64,000 nucleotides of DNA from NCBI GenBank assembly GCA_965197585.1, contig OZ240215.1, positions 1,408,001-1,472,000 on the forward strand, in the 5' to 3' direction. Source of the DNA: Dehalococcoidia bacterium (GTDB taxonomy: Bacteria > Chloroflexota > Dehalococcoidia > Plut-88900). Positions 30,153 through 39,759 of the stretch are shown here, piece after piece (within the stretch, counting starts at the first letter, position 1; each line of letters starts with the position of its first letter). The position numbers were made by a program, and so were the translations under genes. The notes beneath the pieces were generated by a model. That model was not told the origin of the DNA and did not search any database. It saw nothing but the letters and a program-made list of their open reading frames with translations.

Positions 30153-30905
30153 ATCGAGCCGGAGAGAATTAAGTCCATCCTGGAGCAGGTTAAGGGCGGG
30201 TCCTTGAGCGTTGACGAAGCATTCGAGGGGCTCCGATTTCTGCCCTACCAAGACTTGGGATTCGCCAAGATAGACCATCATCGGAGCCTCCGCAAAGGTG
30301 TCCCGGAAGTGGTCTTTGGCGAGGGTAAGACCGTCCCGCAGATCACGGCCATCACCAAGGAGCTCGCCGACCAGGCTGGCCGGTTCATGGTTACCCGCAC
30401 CTCACCGGAAACCTTTGAGGCCGTGTCCAAGCAGATCCCCGACACTCGATACAACGAGCCCGCAAGGATAATCTGGCTTGACCGCCGAGAGAACATCGCC
30501 CTTAAACAGGGAGTGACGATAGTCACCGCAGGCACCGCCGACCTCCCCGTCGCTGAAGAAGCAGCCGTCACCTGCCGAATCATGGGCCACGACCCCCTCA
30601 CCCTCTACGACGTCGGTATAGCCGGCATTCACCGGCTGCTGTCCAACGTTGAACTCCTGCAGAAAGCCAACGTCATCGTGGCCATTGCAGGGATGGAGGG
30701 CGCGCTTCCGAGCGTAGTCGGAGGCCTGGTCCAGGCCCCCGTTATCGCAGTCCCAACAAGCATCGGCTACGGCGTCGGCGTCGGCGGCCTGGGCGCGCTG
30801 ATGACAATGCTCAACAGTTGCTCCCAAGGCGTGGCCGTGGTCAATATCGACAACGGTTTCGGGGCCGGGTACCTGGCCGCGATTATCAACCAGACCCGGT
30901 CGTGA
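30153..30905 (+). CDS. larB: Nickel-pincer cofactor biosynthesis protein LarB (probable ATC start)
   Basis: DHHRSLRKGVPEVVFGEGKT, AGTAD, DVGIAGIHRL, AGMEGALPS, VPTSIGYG and NIDNGFGA motifs. Confidence 0.92.
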   Translation: MEPERIKSILEQVKGGSLSVDEAFEGLRFLPYQDLGFAKIDHHRSLRKGVPEVVFGEGKTVPQITAITKELADQAGRFMVTRTSPETFEAVSKQIPDTRYNEPARIIWLDRRENIALKQGVTIVTAGTADLPVAEEAAVTCRIMGHDPLTLYDVGIAGIHRLLSNVELLQKANVIVAIAGMEGALPSVVGGLVQAPVIAVPTSIGYGVGVGGLGALMTMLNSCSQGVAVVNIDNGFGAGYLAAIINQTRS

Positions 30906-30995
30906 TCACGGCGCTCCCCCCAAGGGACCCAACCAAGACCGCCTTCAGATTCGGTTTTCCCTGAACAGTAATGCGACCGGCGCTTGAGCGCCTCG

Positions 30996-31223
30996 TTATC
31001 CGGCCTTGCGGACTTCGAGTACTTCTCCCGGCGCCAGGGCCACGCGTCTTACGTTAACGCCAAACTTCAGTAACCAGTACCACAATGTGCCCTTGTTGAC
31101 TTCCATGTCCTCCGCCATACCGGGCAGCCCCATGCGGTTGTACATCTCCGGCAGCAGTTCCTCCAGCGGCCGGTTGTAGCGTTCCTCGACGCGACGCATC
31201 AATTTACTCTTGCGAGTAGCCAA
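30996..31223 (-). CDS. Small putative helix-turn-helix protein
   Basis: GGAGG then TTG start; MGLPGMAEDMEVNKGTLWYWLLKFGV fits an HTH pattern. Confidence 0.7.
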   Translation of the reverse strand: MATRKSKLMRRVEERYNRPLEELLPEMYNRMGLPGMAEDMEVNKGTLWYWLLKFGVNVRRVALAPGEVLEVRKAG

Positions 31224-31460
31224 AATAACCTCCCACCTCCTGAGGTTGGCTTCACTCTAGCATCGCTTTAGAACCTGGTCAAGATTTTGTCACAAATGGT
31301 CTAGGTCAGTTACAGTACTGGCTATAGAAACATTCAGAACTTGATTGAAGCTCAATCCGGGCAGGCTTGTTTACCATCCGGCGTCCATGGCAAAATACCC
31401 CCGAGTGGTGACCTATTCCGCCGACTGCCTAACTAGCCAGAGTACAACGAGCATCGAAGA

Positions 31461-31967
31461 GTGTTAAACAAACAACCGCCTAACCCCATCCTGGCCACCC
31501 GCCAGAACCATGCCCTGGAGCACGCTACAATTGCCATTCTCCTCCAGCGCAGTGGTGTCAATACCAGAATCGCGGGTCGAGCCTCCGCGGGTGGATTCCA
31601 CCTTTACGGGAACCTGTCCACCCCCGTGGTCGAGGATGCGGCCCGGGAGGCCCTCCGACGCCTGAGGAACGGTGAGGCAGAATTAGCCCTTTCGCCTTTC
31701 TGTGGCACTAACATCGCCGTCGCGGGTATATTGGCCGGGGTGGCTTCCATCTTGGCTATGGGCTCAGGCAACAGGTTTCTCAACCTGCCCAGAGTCATCC
31801 TTGCCACTATGGTAGCGGTGCTGGCCGCCCAGCCGCTGGGCAAACTGGTGCAGAAGAGGCTGACCACTCACACGGACCTGAGCAGTATGGCAATCACCGC
31901 CGTGTCAAAGTCGGGCCTGGGCCCCTGGTCTTCCCACAGAATAGACACCGCTTTTACGATAGAATAG
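31461..31967 (+). CDS. Conserved hypothetical membrane-associated protein (DUF6391-like)
   Basis: RQNHALEHAT, GFHLYG and LALSPFCGTN motifs; two hydrophobic segments. Confidence 0.7.
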   Translation: MLNKQPPNPILATRQNHALEHATIAILLQRSGVNTRIAGRASAGGFHLYGNLSTPVVEDAAREALRRLRNGEAELALSPFCGTNIAVAGILAGVASILAMGSGNRFLNLPRVILATMVAVLAAQPLGKLVQKRLTTHTDLSSMAITAVSKSGLGPWSSHRIDTAFTIE

Positions 31968-32004
31968 GCCCGGGTGCCGAGCGTCGGGCCACGAGACTGA
32001 GTCC

Positions 32005-32080
<76 letters not shown>

Positions 32081-32151
32081 GCCCCCCAGGTCCGCGCTAC
32101 GCATATCCAAAACCCAAGCTAGTGCAGAGTGAGACGAACAAGGAGGCTACG

Positions 32152-32475
32152 ATGATCTACGAACTCAGGTCCTACTACGCCGCTCCCGGCAAGATGGACG
32201 CCCTTAACAGCAGGTTCCGGGACCACACCTGCGAAATCTTCGAAAGGCACGGAATGACGGTCGTGGGCTTCTGGACGCCCGAGGGCAAAGAGCAGGAGCT
32301 CCTGGTCTACATGCTTGGCTTTGAAGACGCCGAGCACATGAAGAAGTGCTGGGCATCCTTCGGCGCCGACCCCGAGTGGAATAAGGTCCGCGCCGACAGC
32401 GAGGTCGACGGCGAACTCGTATCCAGCCTCGAAAGCTCGGTTTTCATCCCCACCGACTACTCGGCAATCAAATAG
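32152..32475 (+). CDS. NIPSNAP family protein
   Basis: MIYELRSYYAAPGK, RFRDHT, W..F..DPEW and PTDYS motifs; AAGGAGG SD. Confidence 0.9.
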   Translation: MIYELRSYYAAPGKMDALNSRFRDHTCEIFERHGMTVVGFWTPEGKEQELLVYMLGFEDAEHMKKCWASFGADPEWNKVRADSEVDGELVSSLESSVFIPTDYSAIK

Positions 32476-32500
32476 CCCACCGACCGAACAGCGCTAAAGC

Positions 32501-32538
32501 AAGAGAGGGGAGCGGCTCTGCCGCTCCCCTCTCTTTTA
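32501..32538. terminator. Intrinsic terminator between convergent genes
   Basis: AAGAGAGGGGAGCGGC-TCT-GCCGCTCCCCTCTCTTTT. Confidence 0.85.
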
Positions 32539-32587
32539 TCCCGTCCGGCAATGGACCCCGGTCGGGTCTAGTTTCGTATCTTGTTTC

Positions 32588-33961
32588 CTACTGGATGTCG
32601 GCGAGGAATTCTTCCATTCTCTCAGCCAGGGAGTCCAGGTTGGTTCCCAGCCATACCTCGTCAACCACGACGGCCTTTTCAAGCGCTGACGGGGAGGTGG
32701 GGAGGTTGTCTATGGTGAGCTGATCAACGACGTCAGTGTTAACCAACGGCAGGGCCTGAAGGTTCAGGGGGCCGTAGGTGATGTACTTGATCATCTCTAC
32801 GTTGATGTGCGGCTCAGCAGTCCAGGAGATGAAGAGTTCGGCCAGGGTCTTGTTGGGCGAGCCCTTCGGGATGTAGAACACGTCGGTCTGGTTCAGGTGT
32901 CCGCACTCGAAGCAGTAGTGGAGGTTGTCGCCGCCTTCTTCCTGCTGGGCGTTCCAGATTCGACCGTTCCAGGCCGTGCACATGTCCGCTTGGTCGGTTA
33001 TCAAGGCTTGGGGGCAGTCCGTACCGCCGGTCCACCAGAACTGGATGTCATTCTTGATCTTTTCCAGCTCCTCAAAGGACTGGTCAACCTGCTCAGGGGT
33101 GAGCTTGGCTATGGCGTTCCGTCCTTCTACGGTTTCCAGGATCTCAGGGGTGCGCCTGAAGTGGGCGAAGAAGATGTTCTCGTTCACCCTGCGACCCATC
33201 CACCTGGTGCCGGGGAAGTTCTCGGTGTCCCAGAGGGCTTCCCAGTTGGTCGGGGCAACGCCGCCCCAAAGCTCGTCCACCTTGTTCTTCTGGTAGGCGA
33301 GACCCGTGGACCAGAGCACTCCGCCGCCGCCGCTCCAGGGAGTCACCGCAACTTGCGGGAAGAAGGGGAGGTAACGGTTGTGGATAGCCGGGGTCAGCTC
33401 TTCAAGGTCACCCGTCGGGCCAAGCTGGTAAACGGCCCTGGTACCAGAGTCGACTACGTCCCAGGTCACGTTTCCGGTTTCCACCATGGAACGGATCTTC
33501 GCGTACTCAACGGGGCTGTCTTCAATTAGATTGATGTTGAATTTATCCGCGAATGGTATGAAGTAGGCCTGCCTCTGGGCCGCCTGGTATGCGCCGCCCC
33601 AGGAAGTTACGTTGAGGCTCTGGCCGCTGTAGTTCGCCAGCTCCGCCTCAATTTCTTCGAAGGTACCCGGCTCATCTGCCGTCCATTCGGACATGGGACG
33701 GAGCGCAGCGGGTTCGGGTTCGGGTTCGGGTGCGGAGGTCGCCGTTACTACCGCGGCAGGCACTGCCGTGGCCGTGGCCTCGGCCTCCTCCTCCATCGCC
33801 GGCTCAGCCGTCGGCTCTTCCATCGCCGGCTCAGGTGTCGCCGTGGCGGCTTCGCCACAAGCGGCTACCACAAGCATGAGAGCCAGGACTAGTCCCAGCG
33901 CCCCGACGATGGCCCGGCGCCTGCCCAGGCTCATCTTGATTCGTTTCTTTCCTAATTGCAT
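32588..33961 (-). CDS. PotD/PotF-like extracellular solute-binding lipoprotein (paralog 1)
   Basis: Lipobox VAAC, acidic Pro/Ala linker, SWGGAYQAAQ, GNVTWDVVD, WNGR and YITYGP motifs. Confidence 0.85.
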   Translation of the reverse strand: MQLGKKRIKMSLGRRRAIVGALGLVLALMLVVAACGEAATATPEPAMEEPTAEPAMEEEAEATATAVPAAVVTATSAPEPEPEPAALRPMSEWTADEPGTFEEIEAELANYSGQSLNVTSWGGAYQAAQRQAYFIPFADKFNINLIEDSPVEYAKIRSMVETGNVTWDVVDSGTRAVYQLGPTGDLEELTPAIHNRYLPFFPQVAVTPWSGGGGVLWSTGLAYQKNKVDELWGGVAPTNWEALWDTENFPGTRWMGRRVNENIFFAHFRRTPEILETVEGRNAIAKLTPEQVDQSFEELEKIKNDIQFWWTGGTDCPQALITDQADMCTAWNGRIWNAQQEEGGDNLHYCFECGHLNQTDVFYIPKGSPNKTLAELFISWTAEPHINVEMIKYITYGPLNLQALPLVNTDVVDQLTIDNLPTSPSALEKAVVVDEVWLGTNLDSLAERMEEFLADIQ

Positions 33962-34271
33962 AAGCTCTCCTATCTAAAAGTACTTACGCGTCTCACTTTA
34001 GTCGACGCGTCCATCTTCATATGCCAGGGTCCCGTTAGTTCCATAGGCGTTCTCCTCAAGGTTAGGTCTGTTTGTAGTATTGCTCCGATAGTACTGCCGA
34101 TGTTGTCTTTGAACCTTTTCCGGTCACTCAAATTGTGAAGGCAGGTAAAGGATACCACCTGCCGGTTCTAATCGGGTGGAGGCGGAAGAGGTCTGAGCCT
34201 CCTCCGCCTCTATCCTGATTGTTGATTTCTCGTCTTTCGGGGATTATCCACTATATGGGATTTATCTGCAT

Positions 34272-34304
34272 CGAGGTGGAGAAGCATGAAGCTCCTCCAC
34301 CTCT
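34272..34304 (-). terminator. Hairpin downstream of solute-binding paralog 2 (a second hairpin lies at about 34175-34215)
   Basis: GAGGTGGAGAAGC-ATGAA-GCTCCTCCACCTC. Confidence 0.5.
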
Positions 34305-34351
34305 GCGCATACTAGTTGATCTTTAGTCTTTCCTCTGGAGTTAATCGTCAG

Positions 34352-35662
34352 CTACTCCTGCAGTAGTTCCTGGAATTGTTCGATCAGCATTTGACCGTCA
34401 TCCAGGTTGGTGCCCAGCCAGTACTCATCCATGAGCACGACCTTCTCCAACGCGATGGGGGAAGTCGGCAGGGCATCCACAATCTCCGGAGCGAGCACCG
34501 AGGGCGCCAGGGCAACCGCGTCCGCGTGCAGAGGGCCGTAAGTGATGTAGTTGGAAACCTGGACGGCATTCTCCGGGAATCCCATCCACGCCAGGTACAG
34601 CTCCGATAGCTCTTTGTTGGGGGAGCCCTTAACTATCGAGTAGACGCCGGTCTGGTTGATGTGTCCACACTCGTAGCAGTAGTAGAGCGGAGAATTATCA
34701 TCCTCTTGCTGGGCGTTCCAGATCCTGCCGTTCCAGGCGGAGCATGTGTCGAAGTCACCTGCTATCAGTCCCTGGGGGCAATCGGTGCCGGTGTGCCACC
34801 AGTTGACCAGGTCGTCTTTTATCACCCTAAGGTGCTGGAGGGACTCTTCCACCTGTGCGTCGTCCAGGCTGCTTATGCTCTGTCTGCCCTCGACCGTTTC
34901 CAACAGCTCCGGATGGAGCGCCATCTGGGCAAAGATCACGTTCTCGTTGGGCCGGTCACCCAGGGACCTGTATCCGGGAACGCCTTCAACATCCCAGAAG
35001 TCGGCCCAACTCGTGGGAGCGCCGTCGTGATTGGGGTAGGCGTCGAGACTGTAGGCCAGACCGGTTGACCACATGATGCCGGCGCCGCCGCTCCAAGGCG
35101 TGACGGTAATGGCAGGATACCCGTCCAGGTAGCCGCTGTGGATCGCCGGATCCAGTTCTTCCAGGAAGCCGGGAATGCCGAGGGTGTAGACCCACCTGGT
35201 GCCGAAGTCGACGACGTCCCAGGTCACGTTGCCCGTTTCCGCCATCGCCTTTATCTTGGCCAGCTCGACGGGGCTGTCTTCAACTATCCCAATCCCGAAC
35301 TTATCCGCGAAGGGGATCATGTGGCCCTGTCTGACGGCCGCCTGCCAGCCGCCGCCCCAGCTGGTCTGGTTTAAGCTCTGGCCGCGGTATTTGGTCAGCT
35401 CCGCCTCGATCTCAGCCAAGGTGGCCGGATTCTCTTCCGTCCACTCCGACCGAGGCCTGACGTGGCTCACCATCGCATCCCCATCGTCCATGGCATCGCC
35501 ATCGTCCATGGTCGTGTCCGGTTCCTCGGGTTCGGGGGTCGCGGTCGCAGACTCGCCGCACGCTGCGCCTACTAGCAACGCCATCGCCAGGACGCTAAGT
35601 ACGGCAAGCAATGTCCACTTCTCGGTCAATCTTCGTCTCAAGGTCGTAGATATTTGTCTCAT
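34352..35662 (-). CDS. PotD/PotF-like extracellular solute-binding lipoprotein (paralog 2)
   Basis: Lipobox GAAC; collinear with 32588-33961 (SWGGGWQAAV, GNVTWDVVD, GTDCPQ, CYECGH); GGAGG SD. Confidence 0.85.
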   Translation of the reverse strand: MRQISTTLRRRLTEKWTLLAVLSVLAMALLVGAACGESATATPEPEEPDTTMDDGDAMDDGDAMVSHVRPRSEWTEENPATLAEIEAELTKYRGQSLNQTSWGGGWQAAVRQGHMIPFADKFGIGIVEDSPVELAKIKAMAETGNVTWDVVDFGTRWVYTLGIPGFLEELDPAIHSGYLDGYPAITVTPWSGGAGIMWSTGLAYSLDAYPNHDGAPTSWADFWDVEGVPGYRSLGDRPNENVIFAQMALHPELLETVEGRQSISSLDDAQVEESLQHLRVIKDDLVNWWHTGTDCPQGLIAGDFDTCSAWNGRIWNAQQEDDNSPLYYCYECGHINQTGVYSIVKGSPNKELSELYLAWMGFPENAVQVSNYITYGPLHADAVALAPSVLAPEIVDALPTSPIALEKVVLMDEYWLGTNLDDGQMLIEQFQELLQE

Positions 35663-35920
35663 ATTCCCTCCTTCACCGAGTTGTTCATCCGTGTCTGGAT
35701 GGCTTCCATTGGTCTAATGGCAGCCCGTTTTAACGGTTTTGCCTGAAGGTAAAAGAGTAACCTCCCCCCTTATAGAGATTAGGGGATTCTATAGACGGGC
35801 CACTCCATTTGTCAAATTTTGCCCATCCCAGCGCTTCGTCAAACGGCCTCTCAGTACCGCCCAACTACTCGTAAAGTACTGATGGTATACTCCCCCCACC
35901 CAACCCCGAGAGGTAAACCG

Positions 35921-37075
35921 TTGCAGCACAACCCTAATCTTCCCTTCACAGCCGACGAATATCGTATACGGGTCGAAAAGACCCTTGAAGCCATGAATAG
36001 CAAAGGCCTCGACGGCCTGATGATTCACTCGCCTGAAAACATCTACTATCTCACCGGCTACCACAGCGTCGGATATTTCACCTATACCGCACTTATTCTT
36101 ACTTCCAAGGGTGCGACCATAGTGGCGAGAAGCCTGCTATCCAGTATGGTAGAGCACACTTCCTGGGTTGATGACTTCCAAGGCTGGACCGACACCCAGG
36201 ACCCCATCACCACTACTAAAATCGCCCTCGACTCCGCCGGGCTTATCGGCAAGAACGTTGGATATGACCAGCAGGCGTGGTTCTATAACATCGGGCATCA
36301 CAATGCACTGGTTGCCAGCTGCGGCGCCACGAACTTCGTCGAGACGGCAGGCCTCGTCGAGGTTGTCCGCCGGTTCAAGTCACCCCAGGAGGTCGCATAC
36401 ATCCGGGAAGCCGCACGGACTTGCAAGGCCGCTATGCAGGGCTGCATCGACGCTATAGAAGAAGGCGCCACCGAGAATGACGCCGCTGCCTCCGCATATT
36501 ACGAATCCATCAAGGCGGGCAGCGAGTATCTGGGCCACGCTATGCTCGTGGCTACCGGCGCCCGGAGCGGCATCGGATTCACCACCTGGGAGCGGAACCC
36601 CATAAATCGCGGCGACCTTCTCTTCCTGGAAATGGGCGGGACCTATAAGCGCTACAACGCCGCCATGTCCCGCGGTGTCGTTGTCGGCGAGCCTTCCGAT
36701 CTAGCCAAACGCCTGGCCGAAGCTTCGAGAGGCGCTCTCGAACGGGCCATAGAAGCGATGCAGCCCGGCGCGACCTCCGCCTCAGTAGACAGGGCCGCTC
36801 GAGGCTACATGGAAGAAAAGGGCCTCGGCGAGCACTTCCAACACCGCTGCGGCTACCTCATCGGCATCGGCTTTCCCCCCGACTGGGGCGAGGGCCGCTT
36901 GATGAGCATCATCGAGAACGACGAGACTCCCCTGGAACCCGGCCTTGTCTTCCACCTCGTCCCCGACGTCAAAATCGACGGCGAGATCGGTGTAATCTAC
37001 TCCGATACCATACTCGTAACCGACTCGGGCCCCGAGGTCCTGACCGACTTCCCCAGAGACCTGGTAATAAAATAA
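35921..37075 (+). CDS. M24 family hydrolase, ectoine hydrolase DoeA/EutD-like
   Basis: LPFTADEY, ENIYYLTGY, KSPQE and HRCGYLIGIGFPPDWGE motifs; TTG 35921 follows GAGG. Confidence 0.8.
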   Translation: MQHNPNLPFTADEYRIRVEKTLEAMNSKGLDGLMIHSPENIYYLTGYHSVGYFTYTALILTSKGATIVARSLLSSMVEHTSWVDDFQGWTDTQDPITTTKIALDSAGLIGKNVGYDQQAWFYNIGHHNALVASCGATNFVETAGLVEVVRRFKSPQEVAYIREAARTCKAAMQGCIDAIEEGATENDAAASAYYESIKAGSEYLGHAMLVATGARSGIGFTTWERNPINRGDLLFLEMGGTYKRYNAAMSRGVVVGEPSDLAKRLAEASRGALERAIEAMQPGATSASVDRAARGYMEEKGLGEHFQHRCGYLIGIGFPPDWGEGRLMSIIENDETPLEPGLVFHLVPDVKIDGEIGVIYSDTILVTDSGPEVLTDFPRDLVIK

Positions 37076-37117
37076 TACCGCTCCCAAGAACCTCCCCCCA
37101 TCCCTTTCTCTCATGCC

Positions 37118-37590
37118 ATTCCGCGGGGTAGGGCCGCTCACCCTGAGCGAGCTGGAAGTGCGCCGTGCTGTAAGTCCGCCTTTGGCGGAGAGCATCGAAG
37201 GATCGAGCGGGGGTGGCCCACGTACAGCCAATCCGTCACGCCCGCCTTCATCCCAACCCAGCTTCTTTACACTGTCATTCCGAGGCTCCGCGAGGAATCT
37301 AGGACTTGCCCTCTCACACCCTTCCTCGCCTTTCCTCCCCCTCCCCACTTGGTAACGATATATCAATAAAACAGGGCGGGTGGGACTCAACTTATCCCGG
37401 CGGGGTCCGGAGGGGCGTCCCCCCCCCAACCCTCTCCCTCAACCCACCATTCCGAGGCCCCGCGAGGAATCTAGGACTTGCCCACTCACACATCTTACCC
37501 CCTCCCCAGCGTTGGGCCGCTCATGCTGAGGCTCTCGAAGTATGAGCGGGGGGCGGCCCGCGTTTGCCAATCCGTCGCGCCCGTCTTTCC
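37118..37590. repeat. Mosaic of REP-like palindromic repeats (cluster 1)
   Basis: GGGCCGCTCA..CTGAG..TCGAAG..GAGCGG at 37131-37210 and 37514-37549; CATTCCGAGGC.CCGCGAGGAATCTAGGACTTGCCC at about 37276 and 37448. Confidence 0.8.
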
Positions 37591-37651
37591 CCCGGACACC
37601 CCATTCCACCCCATCATCCTCTCACTCCCCGGTAGGTGTGGCATTACCCCC

Positions 37652-37681
37652 TTGACCCGGTATGAACACTTGTGCTATATT
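37652..37681 (+). promoter_or_regulatory. sigma70 promoter with LexA-like box (element copy 2)
   Basis: TTGACC-18-TATATT with extended -10 TG; GAAC-ACTT-GTGC at 37664-37675. Confidence 0.75.
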
Positions 37682-37687
37682 AGCCTC

Positions 37688-38650
37688 CAGGTCCCGACAC
37701 CCCACGTCGGCCCTAATCAAGGAAAGGTGGAACATCCGCCCAGCTGAAAGTCCGCCTTTGGCGGAGCGGAACCAAAGGAGTCCCATGAGTCGCACAAGCC
37801 TTCATAGGCCCCGTCGTTACCGAGCGGTATGTCACCGCCCGGCCCCCGGCACGCGCCTCCTTCCCAGCCCCTTTCCACCCACCATCCCCCAACTCAACTC
37901 CCACTACAAGCGCTGCCCAAAGGCCCTACGCCTACGCCTTCGCAGCGATCAATCACCGTCCTGTCCCCTGTATGGAAGGTTCCCGGACAAATCACGGCAC
38001 GCCCTTTCCAAGGACCACTGCCAAGTGTGCGCCCCATTCAAACGGCGCTTAGGTTTCGCCCCTTCAGGCGACGCCCTGGAGCACAGCGTCATGTCTCCAC
38101 CCTGGGCCATAGCGCCCTGTTCGGACTCCCACGGCCTAGACCTTGCCGGCGAGTCCGAACAGTCGGATGAGCGCCGACTCAAAACCAACGCACCTTTTAC
38201 GGATTCCACCGTCGTCACCATCGGAGATCTCCGGTCTACGAACGCCGGTCTCGGGTCCCCGCTCCCATCCCTTGGGATGGTCGAGCACTTCTGGTGGTCG
38301 GGACTGCCCCACAGCGAGACTTCCTCGCGTCTCTTCCACATCCCCTCAGAAGTTCGGGGCTGTCGCAAAGCCGGCTTCGATGTGGAATATCCGCTGTCGC
38401 GGACAACACCCATCGGTACAGGCGTCGCCGTCTTCCTGCGCAACCGTCCGGGACCTTCCATCCCCTCCCCCCACCGTTTACTCCCTCATTCCCGACTCCG
38501 ATCGGGAATCTATCCCCGGAAGCGGGGCCGGGGCGCTCCCTCCCCCCGTAGGGACGACCGGCTGGTCGCCCTGGGGTGGGGTCCGCCTCTTGTTCCCCCG
38601 CCACCCACGAAAGGAGCCCGCCTACCCGCCAACGCCCACAACTGAATGAC
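37688..38650 (+). ncRNA. Putative large structured ncRNA, family copy 2 (diverged)
   Basis: Long-range helix 37972-37988/38446-38461; shared CCCGACAC, ACTCAAC, CCCAAAGG and CCTG.CCCC leader motifs; AACTGAA at 38640; internal 12-bp helix 38117-38128/38151-38162. Confidence 0.55.
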
Positions 38651-38695
38651 CGCCGCCCCTGCATTCAGGCGTATGTACCGGTCAAAGGCCGGGGA

Positions 38696-39670
38696 TTAAC
38701 GGGTCTCCCGCCTTGCAACCCATCTGGGCTGGTCGCAAATGTCGCCCAGGAACTCCATCACCGTATGGGCCGCCAGGTAGGAGGTCACTCCCGTCCCGAC
38801 GTCCAGCTGCGGATTAACCTCGCACAGGTCAAACCCAATGATGTCGGCGTGCTCGGCCAGCACCTTCAGGGTCTTCTGGAGCTCCGCGTACATCATCCCG
38901 TTCGGCTCCGCCGAGACGCAGCCCGGGACCAGGCTCATATCCAGCACGTCTATGTCTATGGACACGTAACACCTGGCATTCGAGGGCAGCTCCTCCACCA
39001 GGTCCTTATGCCCCCTGTCCCGGAACTCTTCCATGCTTATGACGTGGTTACCGTCACGGAACGAATCATCGATGTACTCCTTGACATTACGCAGGCTGCG
39101 GATTCCAACCTGATATATCGACTCCACGTTCTGCATTGCGTTGATGTGCCGAAAGGCATGGCCGTTGGTGTACTCAAACCCGTGCGAAAACGGCGTGTAG
39201 TCTATGTGAGCGTCGAAGTGGAAGACGTATAGCGGCTCCTCGTAGGCCCGGACCACTGGGAAGGTGATGGCATGGTCGCCGCCCAGAACTACGGGCATTG
39301 CGCCTCTCTCCAGTACCTTCTTTGTCATGGCCGTGATGTTGTAGAAGGAGTCCTCGGCGTTGGTCGGTATGATCGGCGCGTCACCGACATCCGCGATGCG
39401 CCCGTTCTTCATCTCGTATTCCAGGTACTCCTTGTCCTCGGAGAAGTTGTAGAACCCCTCCTGTCCGAAGCGCAACGAGTGCTGCCGGATGCTCTGGGGC
39501 GCGAACCGTGCGCCGCCCATGAACGGCGAGCCCTCGTCCGTCGGGGCGCCCATGACCGCGATGTCGGCCTCCAGCTGGTCCAGATCCGTCACGATCCTCG
39601 ACCTCAAGAACGAAGGAATCCCGCTGAACGGCCAGACCTTCGCGCCACGATACATGTCATGTTGCTGCAT
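38696..39670 (-). CDS. Agmatinase / ureohydrolase family protein
   Basis: Canonical metal motifs GGDHAIT, DAHID, DIDVLD and EVNP. Confidence 0.9.
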   Translation of the reverse strand: MQQHDMYRGAKVWPFSGIPSFLRSRIVTDLDQLEADIAVMGAPTDEGSPFMGGARFAPQSIRQHSLRFGQEGFYNFSEDKEYLEYEMKNGRIADVGDAPIIPTNAEDSFYNITAMTKKVLERGAMPVVLGGDHAITFPVVRAYEEPLYVFHFDAHIDYTPFSHGFEYTNGHAFRHINAMQNVESIYQVGIRSLRNVKEYIDDSFRDGNHVISMEEFRDRGHKDLVEELPSNARCYVSIDIDVLDMSLVPGCVSAEPNGMMYAELQKTLKVLAEHADIIGFDLCEVNPQLDVGTGVTSYLAAHTVMEFLGDICDQPRWVARRETR

Positions 39671-39759
39671 TTCTTAGTCCTTTATGTAAATTGAGGCCGC
39701 TTTATGTAAAATGCTGGCCCTCGACCGCAGAGGTTTCGTGTGATGGCGAACTTAGTCCC

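Noticed and set aside
37118-37590. Possible CRISPR array
   Set aside because: Repeats are of mixed types, irregularly spaced and few, with no cas genes in the window.
37662-38645. 327-aa ORF (or 286 aa from ATG 37785 with an SD) spanning element copy 2
   Set aside because: Pro/Arg/Ser-rich with no recognisable domain, runs through REP hairpins, and has no equivalent in copies 1 and 3. Probably a chance GC-rich ORF, though not formally excluded.
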